A DNA stretch of 64,000 nt from Laetmonice hystrix (GCA_965235115.1 OZ249436.1:3598001-3662000), one strand, 5' to 3'. Numbered from the stretch's first letter, positions 1-13,876 are shown. Made by a program: numbers and translations. Notes: generated from the sequence alone by a model not told the origin.

Positions 1-469
1 TTTCAAAATTCAGCAAAAAAATGATACCTCACCGGGTTAGTTTTTTTGTTAGGAGCGTTTGAAGTTGGTATTTTCTTCATGTTAATGAATAGATCTACAG
101 TTTGCAATTTTTATTTTTTTTACCACTTTTTTTTGTCAGAACGGTGTTATGACAAATAGAAAAATCTGTCTCAAAAGATTTTTTGGCCTCACACTAGCAC
201 TTGTCCTTAACATCTGATGCCGAGAATATTAAGTCCTTTGAAAAAGGAATGAGTTGTTTATTTAATCATAGCGCCCAATTCAACTAAAGGCGGCCTGTCT
301 ATACATCATATCATGTATGTGAACAAAAGGACTTTACTGCAATGTCTTGCAGTCGGATATACAATGTATAGGCTAATGGTGTTGGAGACATCTGTTAGAT
401 CTGTAATAAACGAAGTCATCACAGGATTTAAACGACAATTATTGTGTGTATACCTCCTCTATACTCTAT

Positions 470-592
470 TGGTCCTACTCATGGGTTCTGTGTCCTACTC
501 ATGGGTTCTGTGTCCTACTCATGGGTTCTGTGTCCTACTCATGGGTTCTGTGTCCTACTCATGGGTTCTTTGTCCTACTCATGGGTTCTGTG
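470..592. repeat. 20-bp tandem repeat (tgtcctactcatgggttctg), about 6 copies
   Basis: Units directly visible in the sequence. Confidence 0.95.
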
Positions 593-1304
593 TTCAAGTC
601 AACTTCCAAGAAACTGCATGTAAGGATGAATAAAAATGGTATAAATGCCTTCTAATATTAGTTTAACCAGGTCGTTGATCTCTCAACTTTTACCTTTAAA
701 GTCACCAACGGCCCGGCAACGAGAACACGTAATTTGATTAATTGATTGATTGATTGATTAAAGTTTGGACTAGGCCTATCGGGCAGATTCCGAGGATATG
801 GGATCGACTAGCGTTTCAAGCATACAGAGTATCCAGCAGAGAACTTGGCAGTCGAGCAGACTGTTACAGGACTCAGCCCGCCAGGGGGCCCCTCGCTCCT
901 AGCGGGAGAACAGTGAAACAGTCTGAGCAGTGGCCTCGTGAAGATCATTGAGTGAAGCGACCTACTGCGGACTGACCGTAAACTAGGCTCAGTCAGGTCC
1001 TGCATGTAGGCCCATACTGACCAGGTGGCGCCAGTGATTTACGGAAATCCGAGGGAGCGCGGGTGTGCATCAGGTTTGCCTATATGCATGGTCCACACTT
1101 GCATGGTCCATTGTTGACTGACCAACACTGCCAGACTGGAAACTCGGACTCGTAACTTCATAATCTCAAAGGGCCGATTTATGAAAACCTGCCGTGAATA
1201 TAGAGAACATTTATATCGCTAGGCATCGTCTAACTTATGCTTTCTACCTTTCTCAGATCACCACCTTGGCTATAAAAAAAACCCCCTGTACTACCGCTAG
1301 GGGG

Positions 1305-1566
1305 CCAGGCCCTGGTTTCAGAAAGGCTCTAAGCAGCAAGATTGAAGCTAAGCAGGGCTACGGTGGCCCACGAGGACACAGAAACTTTTACTTTCTACGT
1401 TGATTTTCATGGATGTTTTCACTAAATCACTGAATTATCACTGAAAATATCGATCAAAATCAATCTAGAAACTTAAAAACATTAAAGTTCTATGTCCTTA
1501 TGGGCTGCTGTAGCTCTGGTTAGCTTAAAATTTGCGGCTTGGAGCCCTTCTGAAACCGGGGCCTGG
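1305..1566. mobile_element. Fold-back MITE (PIF/Harbinger-like ends)
   Basis: Left ccaggccctggtttcagaaaggctctaagcagcaa matches the reverse complement of the right end (ccaggccccggtttcagaagggctccaagccgcaa). Degenerate symmetry continues internally. Superfamily is inferred. Confidence 0.75.
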
Positions 1567-1593
1567 GGTGGTGCGGTATGGAGTGAGCCGAGT

Positions 1594-2197
1594 AAAGCTG
1601 TATCCTCACTGGACGCGTGCGACGCGAGCGACGCGCGCGTTTTTTTTAGAAGTAATGGAAATGAATTGAGCCATCTGCACTGGCCGCGCGCGACGCGCGC
1701 GTCATTTTTTGTGACGCGCGCGTCGCGACACAGATAGGACTGGTTCTATTTTTGTCGCGCTACGCGCGCGACAAAAGACATCTTGACCAATCAGAAGTGA
1801 GATCTACGACCTCGAACTCTGTTCAAGAGCGTCAAGAGACTAATATACACCTATACACGCCTATAGCCTACTCATTTTTAATTAATTTTAACACTGACGG
1901 TGTATCTCAGGGAAACCCCGAGCTATTATGTAGGCCTATACCTCTAGAACTCTCATTCAAGAGCATGAGCTTTAATTCGTAATGCAAACAATTATGAATT
2001 GTTTTCCTGTGCCCCCTCCCCCTTTAGGCTTTAGTGATATCCTAGACCCGCAATTGATAGACGCGCATAATGTGTTCCCAGGCCCGTAGCCTATACGCAG
2101 ACGTATCACGCGCATCTGGTGAGGATAGAAAAAATATCGCGTCGCACGCATCGTACGCGTCGCTCGCGTCGCACGCGTCCAGTGAGGATACAGCTTT
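1594..2197. mobile_element. Non-autonomous TIR element (MITE), CpG-rich
   Basis: About 42-bp TIR aaagctgtatcctcactggacgcgtgcgacgcgagcgacgcg at 1594, with its reverse complement ending at 2197. No clear TSD. Confidence 0.85.
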
Positions 2198-2522
2198 TTA
2201 CAGTGCTACAACACCTTGGCAGGTGGAGCGCCTCAGTGCTGCCATCTGGTGGAAAGACAAGATTATATTTGAAGCTTGGGGAAGGGGACTGCCAACAGCA
2301 GCGGTATAAATGGAGATATACCAGGGGTAGTTCAAATTTGGTCTTTGAGCAATTAAGGTTTACTTTCAATGGAGGAGGTGCATTTCCTGTTACACACAGT
2401 GAGCTACCTCCATTGTCAAACGATATACCACACCAACTTCACGAATATGTTACCCTCCGATCAACGACTGAAGAGCCACCTAGCGGCACGCACGCCTTCC
2501 ACCAGGTGGCGCAAAAGTAAAT

Positions 2523-5500
2523 ATGGCCGCAGCAGTAGAAGTGTTGTGTCCAAATGGGCACCGTCAAAAAGTTAAAACAACACCAAATACGACAATCTTA
2601 CAGGTGGGAAAACCTGTGGAATCTTATTAGGATGAGTAGAACGCTAAATGTTTCAGGAATGTGATTGAAATATCGATTTTATCAGTTAAAATTTGCAGCG
2701 TCAGAGATGGGCGAAAATAGAGGGTTTTATCATTTATGATTGACAACAGTCTTAGTCTCTAGACTTCTGACAGTTATGGCTTAGTGTTTACATAAATAAG
2801 AAAGGCAGACGTAGAAATGTTGGCCTTGTTTTGCTTAGCCTTGGAGTTGATCCAGGGAGAAATTTGAGAAAACTTCAGAAAATATTGCCATTGAAAAAAG
2901 GATAGTAAATATGGTTAAAAAAGTGAAAAGGGGGAACCCCCTCATCCAAGACTCCTTAGGCTAATGCCGGGTAATGGCCCGGATCCACCAATGGTGACCA
3001 GTTCACAACTGACTAGCCTAAAGAATCAAAGTTGCAAATCAGTCACAAACCAAACTTTGTGACTGATTCGCAACTTTGATGACAAGTTGCGAATCAGTCG
3101 CAAAAATAGTTGCAAAGAGGTTGTGAAGCAATGAATGCGCACGAAAGCTGATCCACCGGAAAATACAGTTGCCAAGTTCCAGTCGCCAGTGGGCGAAATC
3201 AAACGTTTGATTTCGCCAAGGGAGGTTGCGAACAGGTCGCAAAGCCAGGCGAGTCGCAGAGCCAGTCGCGAACCCCTCATGACAGGTGATCCACCAAAAT
3301 AGTGTTCGTGTTGTGTTCGCGACTGGGATGTCAACAGTAGGACTTCCCCGAGTTGCGAACAGGTTGCCAATAGATTGCCAACGAGTCGCAAGGCCAAGTT
3401 GCCAGCGGTGGATCAGGGGCATTAGGCTTAGTTGCCCTGGTTCTGTCCTTTGGGTAGAACACTGGCTGGAACCATCTTGATCTCAGGCTGCATTTTGGCA
3501 GAGCTATCAGTGGCAAATACACCAAGACTAAGAGTACTTAGCACAAATAGAAGGTAGACACTCAGTGTAGCGCAGGAGATTATATAATCTTACATAAGTA
3601 ATCTATTGAAATGACCTAAAACTTGAAAACCTTTCTGTCACTTGCAAGGTTCTGGAGGAGGTGTGTACAAAGAAAAACTTCCTTCCACCAGAGGAGTTTG
3701 AACTTAAGTAAGTGAGTCTATACAAATGTTAATATCAAAGGCTAGGCGATAATTTATATTTCTTTTTTAAGTCTAATGTCTAGGTGAGCTTAAGATTAAT
3801 GTAATCTTACTATTTGTAAATCAAAAAACAAAACAAAAAAAGTATTTGTAAATGAGCCATTGTAATTACCTGCATATAATGTGAGTGATGTATCCTTGAG
3901 CATCCTCGATTCAAGAGTTCAGAATTCAATCTTTAGATTTGTTCTAATGTAGTCCGTATAATAGTTGCCTTATTAATGATGTTTCTGATTTGAGACATGG
4001 CAGAAAGACGCTAGATGTGAGCCAAATGATTAGATTTGCTGGGCTCCCTAATCATGCCAAGCTTGAGTTGGTGAAGAGTCGTGAGGCACGGGCAGAGTCG
4101 GAGGTAACGCTGGCCCTGCAGGTAGATACAGGGGAACGACTCCAACAGGCTTTCCTGCCAACATCCTCACTGTGGGATGTATTGACACATTGGGAAGAAC
4201 TACCCAACAGGTAAACTTACCGTTCCAAAAATAAGGATATAAATCATTGTATCATTATAATATCATCTAAAGATCAATTCTAGCAGAATTTCTAACTCTG
4301 ATTGTATGTAAGATTTGTTTGTGTCCACCTTGTTGCAGTCAACACAAAGATAAGCTAACAAAGAGCAGAGAATCTGGTACTACACCTGTGTGTGCTTACA
4401 TGAGAGAGGAGGTAAGGGTTCTGATCGTTACTCTATACTCTTACATGTTAAAGCTTAGTCTCCAGTTATTGGACTTGAAGTAATGACGATATGACCCTGG
4501 ACCACCAATCCGACCTTTTTCTGAGAATGGCCCACACCCCCTTGAGCCAGACGTAAGGGGTGCATTCCACTAAGGAAAGACGTCTTTAGCAAAGACATCT
4601 TTGTAAAGACATCTTTGCAGGGCCAATGTTAAAGAATAGGCGGTTGGTGAAACACCCGACACCGCAAAGACCTCCTTGGCTCAGCGACCATTTCAAAGAC
4701 GTCTTTCAGGCTTAGTGGAACGCAGCCCAGGTTTGTCAGTTACCTGCTGTAAGGTAGTGGTTTTCCTCGGGACTGGTTTCCTCCACCAGTAAAACTGTCC
4801 GTCTTAATATGACCAATCCAAATCTAAAAATCTAAATCCAGTGTCACACTGTCTTTTCAGGTGATCGGAGAGTTTGCATTGAGAGAAACAACACTGAGAA
4901 CGTTAGGTCTAACAGGAGGCAGAGCAGTCATTAGGTACTCAATACTTTATTTGAAGAGATATCATCCTTTTTTTCCCCTTATTCCAGGATATTTTTCCCA
5001 GATTTCTAAATTTAAAAGTTTTAGAAAACTGTTTGACAGCTTTATAGACATGTGACAAGGCTTTCATTGATTATTCTGCGTTTACACCTTCTCTTTATTC
5101 TTGAAAGGCCTACAAATGTAATACATTTTCTTTCGAAATATTATGAGGGTAATTTTGGTACTTGCCAGTGATGGCCGATTCTTATTGCCCAACGCCCGGG
5201 GCAAGTCAATAGAATGGTCAGGCTAGTCCAACAGAACAAAGACAATAGCTTGATGGCTAGTACTCTGATATAACATAGACTTAACAAGTATAGAGGGCAT
5301 GTGGATGTGGATGAGGGCATGTGGATGTCAGAGTCAGGCATTAGTACCTTAACATTAGTAACATATCAATGTATCTATACCCACTTTGACTTACAGACTA
5401 ACACACAGGCAAGTTGAAGAAGCAACACTAGCAAGTATAGAAGACAAGATAAGAAGGGAGAAAGCCCGCCAAGCTAAGATGACAACCAAGGGTGCTCGAG

Positions 5501-8500
5501 CTGCCACGCCACCACAAACCACAGACCCAGTATCAGCCCAGGTCTCTGATGTACCCACTACCAGTTCTTCATCAACCAGTCTCAAGTCATCCATCTCGGA
5601 TACAAGTAAAGTAAGTTTAATGGATACGGAGAGCTCCGGGAACGTTGTGCAGGAAACCCCAGCAGGAGCGCCTAGTGCCAGCTCGAGTGAACCAATCCTA
5701 GCACACACTCAGACTGAGGCTCGGGCCGAGGAACCAATGGAAACTGACGATGTAAAACAAAGGAAGTTCAGTGAGCAACCAATGGAGGAGATTGTTACAA
5801 GGGGCTGCCAGGTGGCACGGGATGAAGTGTCAGGAGTTACTGTACCCGGGAGGCGACCTCCGACTTCTGGTCAACCTGACCTCAGTGCCCTGGAGAATCT
5901 ACCAGGGGTGAATGTCGTCCGTCCCAATGACTTCCATGACCTCTCAGCCGAGGAACAACAGGTAGGTGTTCCCAGAGGTATTCCCAGGGGTGTTCCCGGA
6001 GGTGTTCCCAGAGGTGTTCCCAGAGATGTTCCCAGGGGTGTTCCCAGAGATGTTCCTAGGGGTGTTCCCAGAGATGTTCCCAGGGGTGTTCCCAGAGATG
6101 TTCCCAGGGGTGTTCCCAGAGATGTTCCCAGGGGTGTTCCCGGAGGTGTTCCCAGAGATGTTCCCAGAGATGTTCCCGGAGGTGTTCCCAAAGTTGTTCC
6201 CAGAGGTGTTCCCAGAGCTGTTCCCGGAGCTGTTCCCACAGGTGTTCCCAGAGGTGTTCCCAGGGGTGTTCTTGGAGGTGTTCCCAGAGGTGTTCCCAAA
6301 GGTGTTCCCAAAGGTGTTCCCAAAGGTGTTCCCAAAGGTGTTCCCAGGGGTGTTCCCAGAGGTGTTCCCGGAGGTGTTCCCGGAGGTGTTCCCAAAGGTG
6401 TTCCCAGGGGTGTTCCCAAAGGTGTTCCCAGGGGTGTTCCCAGAGGTGTTCCCGGAGGTGTTCCCAGAGATGTTTCGGGAGGTGTTCCGAGAGGTGTTCC
6501 CAGAGTTGTTCCCAGAGATGTTCCCAGAGATGTTCCCGGAGGTGTTCCCAAAGGTGTTCCCAGAGGTGTTCCCAGAGGTGTTCCCGGAGCTGTTCCCACA
6601 GGTGTTCCCACAGGTGTTCCCAGGGGTGTTCTCGGAGGTGTTCCCAGAGGTGTTCCCAGAGGTGTTCCCAAAGGTGTTCCCAAAGGTGTTCCCGGAGGAC
6701 TAACAAATCAATCACAGCTGAAATGTTATTGTTATAGTTTGTAATTTAAGTTATTGGGTGTGTGTCGACGTTGTTCTGCACTGCTGTGAACTACAATGGT
6801 CATCGAATGCTCAAACAGGAGAGTTATTTATAATTGTAGCAGGCCCGTGCTATGGCTGCCGAAATGTTCCCGCATCTGTTCCCACATGGACTAGGTCATG
6901 GTGGTCGCCCGCGACAACAGCCTAAGCCTCGTCCGCCTCCCCAACCTCTGCAGCCTGTAGCACCCTTTGCTGATTTTAAGGTATACAATAATCTTGCATC
7001 CAAAACCTTATTTCAGTGAGAAGTTATGCTGTTTATTTTTATATTAAGTTTCCTGAACCTCACTTTAATTTTGTTATCTCAACAGTTTCCAGAGGAAACC
7101 AAAGGAAAAGATCTGTATAGGAATGATTTGAGGTAAATCAACCATTTTAACTTGGCATTCTACCTAGTAACCCACCCTATCCCTAGAAAAACTTGGCATT
7201 CTACCTAGTAACCCACCCTATCCCTAGGAAAACCTGGCATTCTACCTAGTAACCCACCCTATCCCTAGAAAAACTTGGCATTCTACCTAGTAACCCACCC
7301 TATCCCTAGAAAAACTTGGCATTCTACCTAGTAACCCACCCTATCCCTAGAAAAACTTGGCATTCTACCTAGTAACCCACCCTATCCCTAGAAAAACTTG
7401 GCATTCTACCTAGTAACCCACCCTATCCCTAGAAAAACTTGGCATTCTACCTAGTAACCCACCCTATCCCTAGAAAAACTTGGCATTCTACCTAGTAACC
7501 CACCCTATCCCTAGGAAAACTTGGCATTCTACCTAGTAACCCACCCTATCCCTAGGAAAACTTGGCATTCTACCTAGTAACCCACCCTATTCCTAGGAAA
7601 ACTTGGCATTCTACCTAGTAACCCACCCTATCCCTAGGAAAACTTGGCATTCTACCTCGTAACCCACCTTATCCCTAGAAAAACTTGGCGTTCTACCTAG
7701 TAACCCACCCTTTCCCTAGAAAAACTTGGCATTCTACCTAGTAACCCACCCTATCCCTAGAAAAACTTGGCATTCTACCTAGTAACCCACCCTATCCCTA
7801 GGAAAACTTGGCATTCTACCTAGTAACCCACCCTATCCCTAGAAAAACTTGGCATTCTACCTAGTAACCCACCCTATCCCTAGAAAAACTTGGCGTTCTA
7901 CCTAGTAACCCACCCTATCCCTAGAAAAACTTGGCGTTCTACCTAGTAACCCACCCTATCCCTAGAACAACTTGGCATTCTACCTAGTAACCCACCCTAT
8001 CCCTAGAAAAAGGACAAATTTCCACTTTGCCAATTTTTTATTTCACATGTCAGTTTCAACAGTTCTTTTTCTCCTAATAGTACTTAAAATATCCCAATAT
8101 TTGTATCTTTCAGTGCATTCAGGAAAGAGGATTACCAGGTAAGCAATATAAGAAACATAAATTTCAGTGAAAAGATCTTGGAATCCAACTGTGTATCTGT
8201 GTGCCAACAATCCTATGCACTGCTGTTACATTACTTGAGCTTGTAGTTTTTGTTGTGGTTGTTCTATTTATAGCCCTGTGACCGTGAAACAGTTTTATTC
8301 TCATTGGATGAAGTCAGACCTGACAAATCGGCTAATGATGGTGAAGGTAAATCTCATATGTTATATATAGGATGATTACATCAGAAAGAAATAACTGTTT
8401 TGTAATCAGTGTGGTATAGTAGCCAGATTAAGTCATGAATACACACAGAGTCGTGAATACACACAGAGTAGTGAATACACACAGAGTCGTGAATACACAC

Positions 8501-11500
8501 AGTCGTGAATACACAGTCGTGAATACACACAGAGTCGTGAATACACACAGAGTCGTGAATACACACAGAGTCGTGAATACACACAGAGTCGTGAATACAC
8601 ACAGAGTCGTGAATACACACAGAGTCGTGAATACACACAGAGTCGTGAATACACACAGAGTCGTGAATACACAGTCGTGAATACACACAGAGTCGTGAAT
8701 ACACACAGAGACGTGAATACACAGAGTCGTGAATACACACAGAGTCGTGAATACACACAGAGACGTGAATACACACAGAGACGTGAATACACACAGAGTC
8801 GTGAATACACACATTACCTTGTCACAGACCCGACACTTGTTGTTTGAATTTAACTGAGCTTTACTTCTTTGTGAATTCTAGAAGAAATTCCAGACGACTT
8901 TTTTGAAGTGACGGTGAACGACTTGCGAAGTATGTGGACAGGCTTACAAAAGAAAGCGTAAGTGCAGCACGACTTTTTAGAGTACAACCTTACAGACACA
9001 AAGAAAGAAAGAGGAGAGAGAGAGAGAGATATCATGGCGGAGAAATATCAGTTAAAACAGAGATGACTAATCGACTGTTTTATAACAAAGACCTCACAAA
9101 CGTAACTTCTGTATCATGTAGGATCATATTATCTGGTCCCAAGATAGGCAAACCAATTATAAAATGTTGTAATATTTCAGGGAATCTTTTGGAGATCAGC
9201 CACTCATGACTTCAGAGATGAGACAACAAGCCAAGGAGGCAAAAATGGCCAAATACCAACGAGTTGTTCTCCGAGTTCAATTTCCAGACAGACTAGTCCT
9301 TCAGGGCATCTTCCGGCCAAGGGAACCAGGTATTATGGAGAATGGCATCACCTCATTCAGTCAAGGCCAGGACATAAGTAAAGTGTAGATGTTAGTTTGA
9401 TAATCTTGTCGTAAACAGATCAAGGGATCATCCAGTGTATTGTTTGTTTCAGTGTATGCCCTGGAGAAATTTGTCAAGGCACACCTGGAGGACAAGACAA
9501 GCTCCTTTTATTTATGTAAGTGCAGTGTTAGAGGTAGAAAGTTTGAGATAAACCCTCATGATTGAAAGTAATCGGTCGTCTGGTTTCAAACGTGAAGTTT
9601 GGAGTTTCCCTGACATTCTGTGCTAAGCCTGATGTTTGTGTATGTAATGGTGTAATAAATCATTATCTCCCGACAGACACCACTCCACCTCGCTGTGTTC
9701 TCAAGGACAAAGCAGAAACATTATTTGATGTGAGTAACAATTAATAGTAATTAATTCACAGTCAAGGGTAATGTGTTCTTGTAGTGAAATCAATGTATCA
9801 GAAGTCGTAACCAATGTATCAGAAGTCGTAACCAATGTATCAGAAGTCGTAACCAATGTATCAGAAGTCGTAACCAATGTATCAGAAGTCGTAACCAGTA
9901 ACCAACGTATCCGGAGTTGTAACCAATGTCGTTGATTTATACTGTCTTTTGTTACAGGCAGATTTGGTTCCAATGACTCTCATCCATTTTGGATCAGATA
10001 CCCAAAGAGGTAGATACTCTTTACTTGATAGCATTTTATATCCATAGCAATAGTAAAATGGAATGTTAAATGTTAATCTTTGATTTGCAGTATATTTTGT
10101 TTGATGTTGCAAGGCGTGTCTTACATGCAACGCTTTTTATTTTATCCAGTTACGATCTTTGATTGGCAGTATATTTTGTTTGATGTTGCAAGGCATGTCG
10201 TACATGCGACGTTTTTTATTTTATCCAGTTACAATCTTTGATTGGCAGTATATTTTGTATGATGTTGCAAGGCGTCTTACATGCGACGTTTTTTATTTTA
10301 TCCCGTTACAATCTTTGATTGGCAGTATATTTTGTATGATGTTGCAAGGCGTGTCTTACGTGCGACGTTTTTTATTTTATCCAGTTACAATCTTTGATTG
10401 GCAGTATATTTTGTATGATGTTGCAAGGCGTGTCTTACATGCGACGTTTTTTATTTTATCCAGTTACAATCTTTGATTGGCAGTATATTTTCTTTGATGT
10501 TGCAAGGTGTGTCTTACATGCAACGTTTTTTATTTTATCCAGTTACAATCTTTGATTGGCAGTATATTTTCTTTGATGTTGCAAGGCATGTCTTACATGC
10601 AATGTTTTTTATTTTATCCAGTTACAATCTTTGATTGGCAGTATATTTTGTATGATGTTGCAAGGCGTGTCTTACATGCGACGTTTTTTATTTTATCCAG
10701 TTACAATCTTTGATTGGCAGTATATTTTGTATGATGTTGCAAGGCGTCTTACATGCGACGTTTTTTATTTTATCCCGTTACAATCTTTGATTGGCAGTAT
10801 ATTTTGTATGATGTTGCAAGGCGTGTCTTACGTGCGACGTTTTTTATTTTATCCAGTTACAATCTTTGATTGGCAGTATATTTTGTATGATGTTGCAAGG
10901 CGTGTCTTACATGCGACGTTTTTTATTTTATCCAGTTACAATCTTTGATTGGCAGTATATTTTCTTTGATGTTGCAAGGTGTGTCTTACATGCAACGTTT
11001 TTTATTTTATCCAGTTACAATCTTTGATTGGCAGTATATTTTGTATGATGTTGCAAGGCGTGTCTTACGTGCGACGTTTTTTATTTTATCCAGTTACAAT
11101 CTTTGATTGGCAGTATATTTTGTATGATGTTGCAAGGCGTGTCTTACATGCGACGTTTTTTATTTTATCCAGTTACAATCTTTGATTGGCAGTATATTTT
11201 CTTTGATGTTGCAAGGTGTGTCTTACATGCAACGTTTTTTATTTTATCCAGTTACAATCTTTGATTGGCAGTATATTTTCTTTGATGTTGCAAGGCATGT
11301 CTTACATGCAATGTTTTTTATTTTATCCAGTTACAATCTTTGATTGGCAGTATATTTTGTATGATGTTGCAAGGCGTGTCTTACATGCGACGTTTTTTAT
11401 TTTATCCAGTTACAATCTTTGATTGGCAGTATATTTTGTATGATGTTGCAAGACGTGTCTTACATGCGACATTTTTTATTTTATCCAGTTACAATCTTTG

Positions 11501-12756
11501 ATTGGCAGTATATTTTCTTTGATGTTGCAAGGTGTGTCTTACATGCAACGTTTTTTATTTTATCCTGTTACAATCTTTGATTGGCAGTATATTTTCTTTG
11601 ATGTTGCAAGGTGGCCATGTGTTCGGATTGTGAAACATACAGATTACAGAATCATTTTAAATAGAAAATGGTAGAAGAGGTTACCAGAAAGTGTGTTTGG
11701 ATGGTGAGGTATACGGAAGCACGAGGTCTGACTGTATAATGGTATTTTTCAAGGAAGTCAAACATTTTTTTTTTTACAGATCCTTACCTGTCATCAGCTG
11801 CCTTAGCAGAGTTGGCCACTCAGGAAGCTGCCAATAGGGTTGTCGTTAAGAAGTGAGTACAAGGAAATTTATTGCTGTAGGTTTACCTAGTAAAATATAA
11901 CTTAGCTCATTCATTGCTGTAGGTTTACCTAGTAAAATATAACTTAGCTCATTCATTGCTGTAGGTTTACCTAGTAAAATATAACTTAGCTCATTCATTG
12001 CTGTAGGTTTACCTAGTAAAATATAACTTAGCTCATTCATTGCTGTAGGATTACCTAGTAAAATATAACTTAGCTCATTCATTGCTGTAGGTTTACCTAG
12101 TAAAATATAACTTAGCTCATTCATTGCTGTAGGTTTACTTAGTAAAATATAACTTAGTTCATTCATTGCTGTTGGTAGCGAGAGAGTGATTGTGGTTTTT
12201 CGCCATGTCAACATCTATGGCCAGCTTCACAAAAGTGAAAGGGACTATACTGTCTGTCCGGTCCTGATGGGAACTATGGTAAAGACCTAGATAACCTTCT
12301 TGGTAAAGACCTAGATAACCAAAGAAGGTAACTTGCATTGACACTTAGTATGAATATCTGTTACAAACAGCATGTCCAACCGGGCAACGTCAGACGTACC
12401 TGTGCCTGGAAGTTCTGGTAATGTTACAAAACACTCAAAAATATCCGACGCTTCTACGTCTGTCCAGGCAGGAACGTCTGGAAGTAAAGGAGATGCCAAG
12501 AAGGTACCCAAGTGGTTCAAGATGGGTGAGTGTGCTTATACAGGGGTCACCTTCATGTCTAGATCAGTGGTTTAAACTTTAACAGGTCAGTAATATGGTA
12601 TCCTGCTCAAAGGTTCCGAAATTTTTAACTTTTATATATTTTTAAAACTGAGAACGACTTAATATGTAATTTCAATTATATGTTGTATATTGGAATGAAG
12701 GAATATAAAACTGTAAATGTGACAATTTCAATGTTACACTTGCAGGTAAAAAATGA
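2523..12756 (+). CDS. ASPSCR1: Tether containing UBX domain for GLUT4 (TUG/ASPL/UBXD9)
   Basis: Exons: 2523-2603, 3649-3707, 3995-4210, 4339-4411, 4861-4934, 5397-5961, 6840-6980, 7086-7132, 8114-8138, 8274-8346, 8882-8957, 9181-9329, 9453-9515, 9677-9729, 9958-10009, 11780-11852, 12371-12525, 12746-12756. All introns GT-AG with consistent phase. The translation resembles human ASPSCR1: [59 protein letters not shown], the UBX segment [21 protein letters not shown], and C-terminal KVPKWFK. Confidence 0.93.
2972..3424. mobile_element. MITE in ASPSCR1 intron 1
   Basis: Left taatggcccggatccacc versus reverse-complemented right taatgcccctgatccacc. Internal tcgca/tgcga subrepeats; TAA/TTA ends (Harbinger-like, inferred). 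Confidence 0.75.
4557..4728. mobile_element. Small MITE in ASPSCR1 intron 4
   Basis: TIR ggggtgcattccactaag versus gggctgcgttccactaag (reverse complement of right end). Internal aaagacgtcttt palindromic repeats. Confidence 0.75.
4730..4806 (+). mobile_element. V-domain SINE-like fragment
   Basis: ggtttgtcag...gtggttttcctcggg-actggtttcctccaccagtaaaactg resembles, from memory, the V-SINE core found in mollusc SINEs. Confidence 0.45.
5965..6698. repeat. 12-bp minisatellite (ggtgttcccaga variants), about 61 copies, starting at the intron 6 donor
   Basis: Directly visible; begins 3 nt after the first base of the GT at 5962. Confidence 0.97.
7149..8010. repeat. 41-bp tandem repeat, about 21 copies
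   Basis: Unit aacttggcattctacctagtaacccaccctatccctagaaa. Confidence 0.97.
8435..8812. repeat. 18-bp tandem repeat, about 21 copies
   Basis: Unit gtgaatacacacagagtc with CA-length variants. Confidence 0.97.
9790..9930. repeat. 21-bp tandem repeat, about 6 copies
   Basis: Unit caatgtatcagaagtcgtaac. Confidence 0.93.
10075..11612. repeat. About 79-bp tandem repeat, about 19 copies
   Basis: Unit ...acaatctttgattggcagtatattttgtatgatgttgcaaggcgtgtcttacatgcgacgttttttattttatccagtt. Confidence 0.97.
11868..12172. repeat. 42-bp tandem repeat, about 7 copies
   Basis: Unit cattgctgtaggtttacctagtaaaatataacttagctcatt. Confidence 0.96.
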
Positions 12757-13339
12757 ATCAAGGTGCCAACAACTCGAAGTGCCTCAAGCACAGGGGTCAG
12801 GACTGAGACATTGTACTTTCTGAGTTTCTCTAGGCGGGACTTTCTAGCATTTGTCATCATGTAGTTCTCTTTCCATATTAAACTGTTTCAAGCAAGGAGA
12901 TGGAAAAGCGAGCACAAGAATCGACTAATATATATCTAATATAGGTCTGTAAGGCCAGCTACAATACTTTTATATTAAGAATATCCCATACCATTTTGCC
13001 ACTCATAAAGACGAAAAGGTGCTTATATCTTGATTCTTCAGTGTGACTTGTTGCTGATAACTTGTTACATTAGTATCACAAACCTGTGTTCTAGAATATA
13101 AATCTTCAGCCAGTACTTGCTGTATATTCCTAGTATCTGAAGCCTATCGGCGTCCTCAATGATCTAAGTCAGGCCAGGACACTTGGTTACTAATCTAATC
13201 AAATCATCATCAAGATCTTGCGAGTCAGCATAACTAACAAACTTGGAAGGCATGGCAGGGAGATACGGTACAATGTAAGCTTGGCAGGGAGATATTTAAG
13301 TGACTACCGTAATCCCGTATTTTGCTACCATCAGTTGTT

Positions 13340-13510
13340 ATTTTGGAGGTGTACGGTTTGATGTACAGGACAATTCTTGTATTTCTGGGACAGGTACGAG
13401 TACGAATGATGTACAGGACAATTCTTGTATTTCTGGGACAGGTACGAGTACGAATGATGCACAGGACAATTCTTGTATTTCTGGGACAGGTACGAGTACG
13501 AATGATGTAC
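13340..13510. repeat. 48-bp tandem repeat, about 3 copies (probable ASPSCR1 3' UTR)
   Basis: Unit gatgtacaggacaattcttgtatttctgggacaggtacgagtacgaat. A candidate AATAAA follows at 13553. Confidence 0.9.
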
Positions 13511-13876
13511 ATTTGCCAGTATAAGTCATTTTGGTGCTCTGTTTGCTTACACAATAAATTGTTTGAAATGAAATCTTTTCTTGTTCAGTGCCTAAGTTAC
13601 AAAAATGAAATGGCTCCTATGGGATTCGTAATGCTAAAGTGACAGGATTACAACGACGTTACAGACCAAACTCGGCTGTTCTCATGTTCTAACTTGACCC
13701 ACTTGCACACCCTATACGTGGTGGGTTGTGATAGATTTACAAACAGGACAAGTACCTACAGCCATCTGATACCTTTGTGTCCATTAAATTATGCTAGGAT
13801 CACTGAATCACTGTAAAAAATGGGCTGCAGTGTTACAAGGGGCACTGTGATTGGTTCCTAGGCTGCGGTGACAATA

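Noticed and set aside
770..1200. GC-elevated segment with short ORFs
   Set aside because: No TIR, TSD, RNA-gene or protein signature could be supported.
3889..3900. GTATCCTTG, a U12-like donor inside ASPSCR1 intron 2
   Set aside because: No in-frame upstream exon; the GTAAGT donor at 3708 explains the protein.
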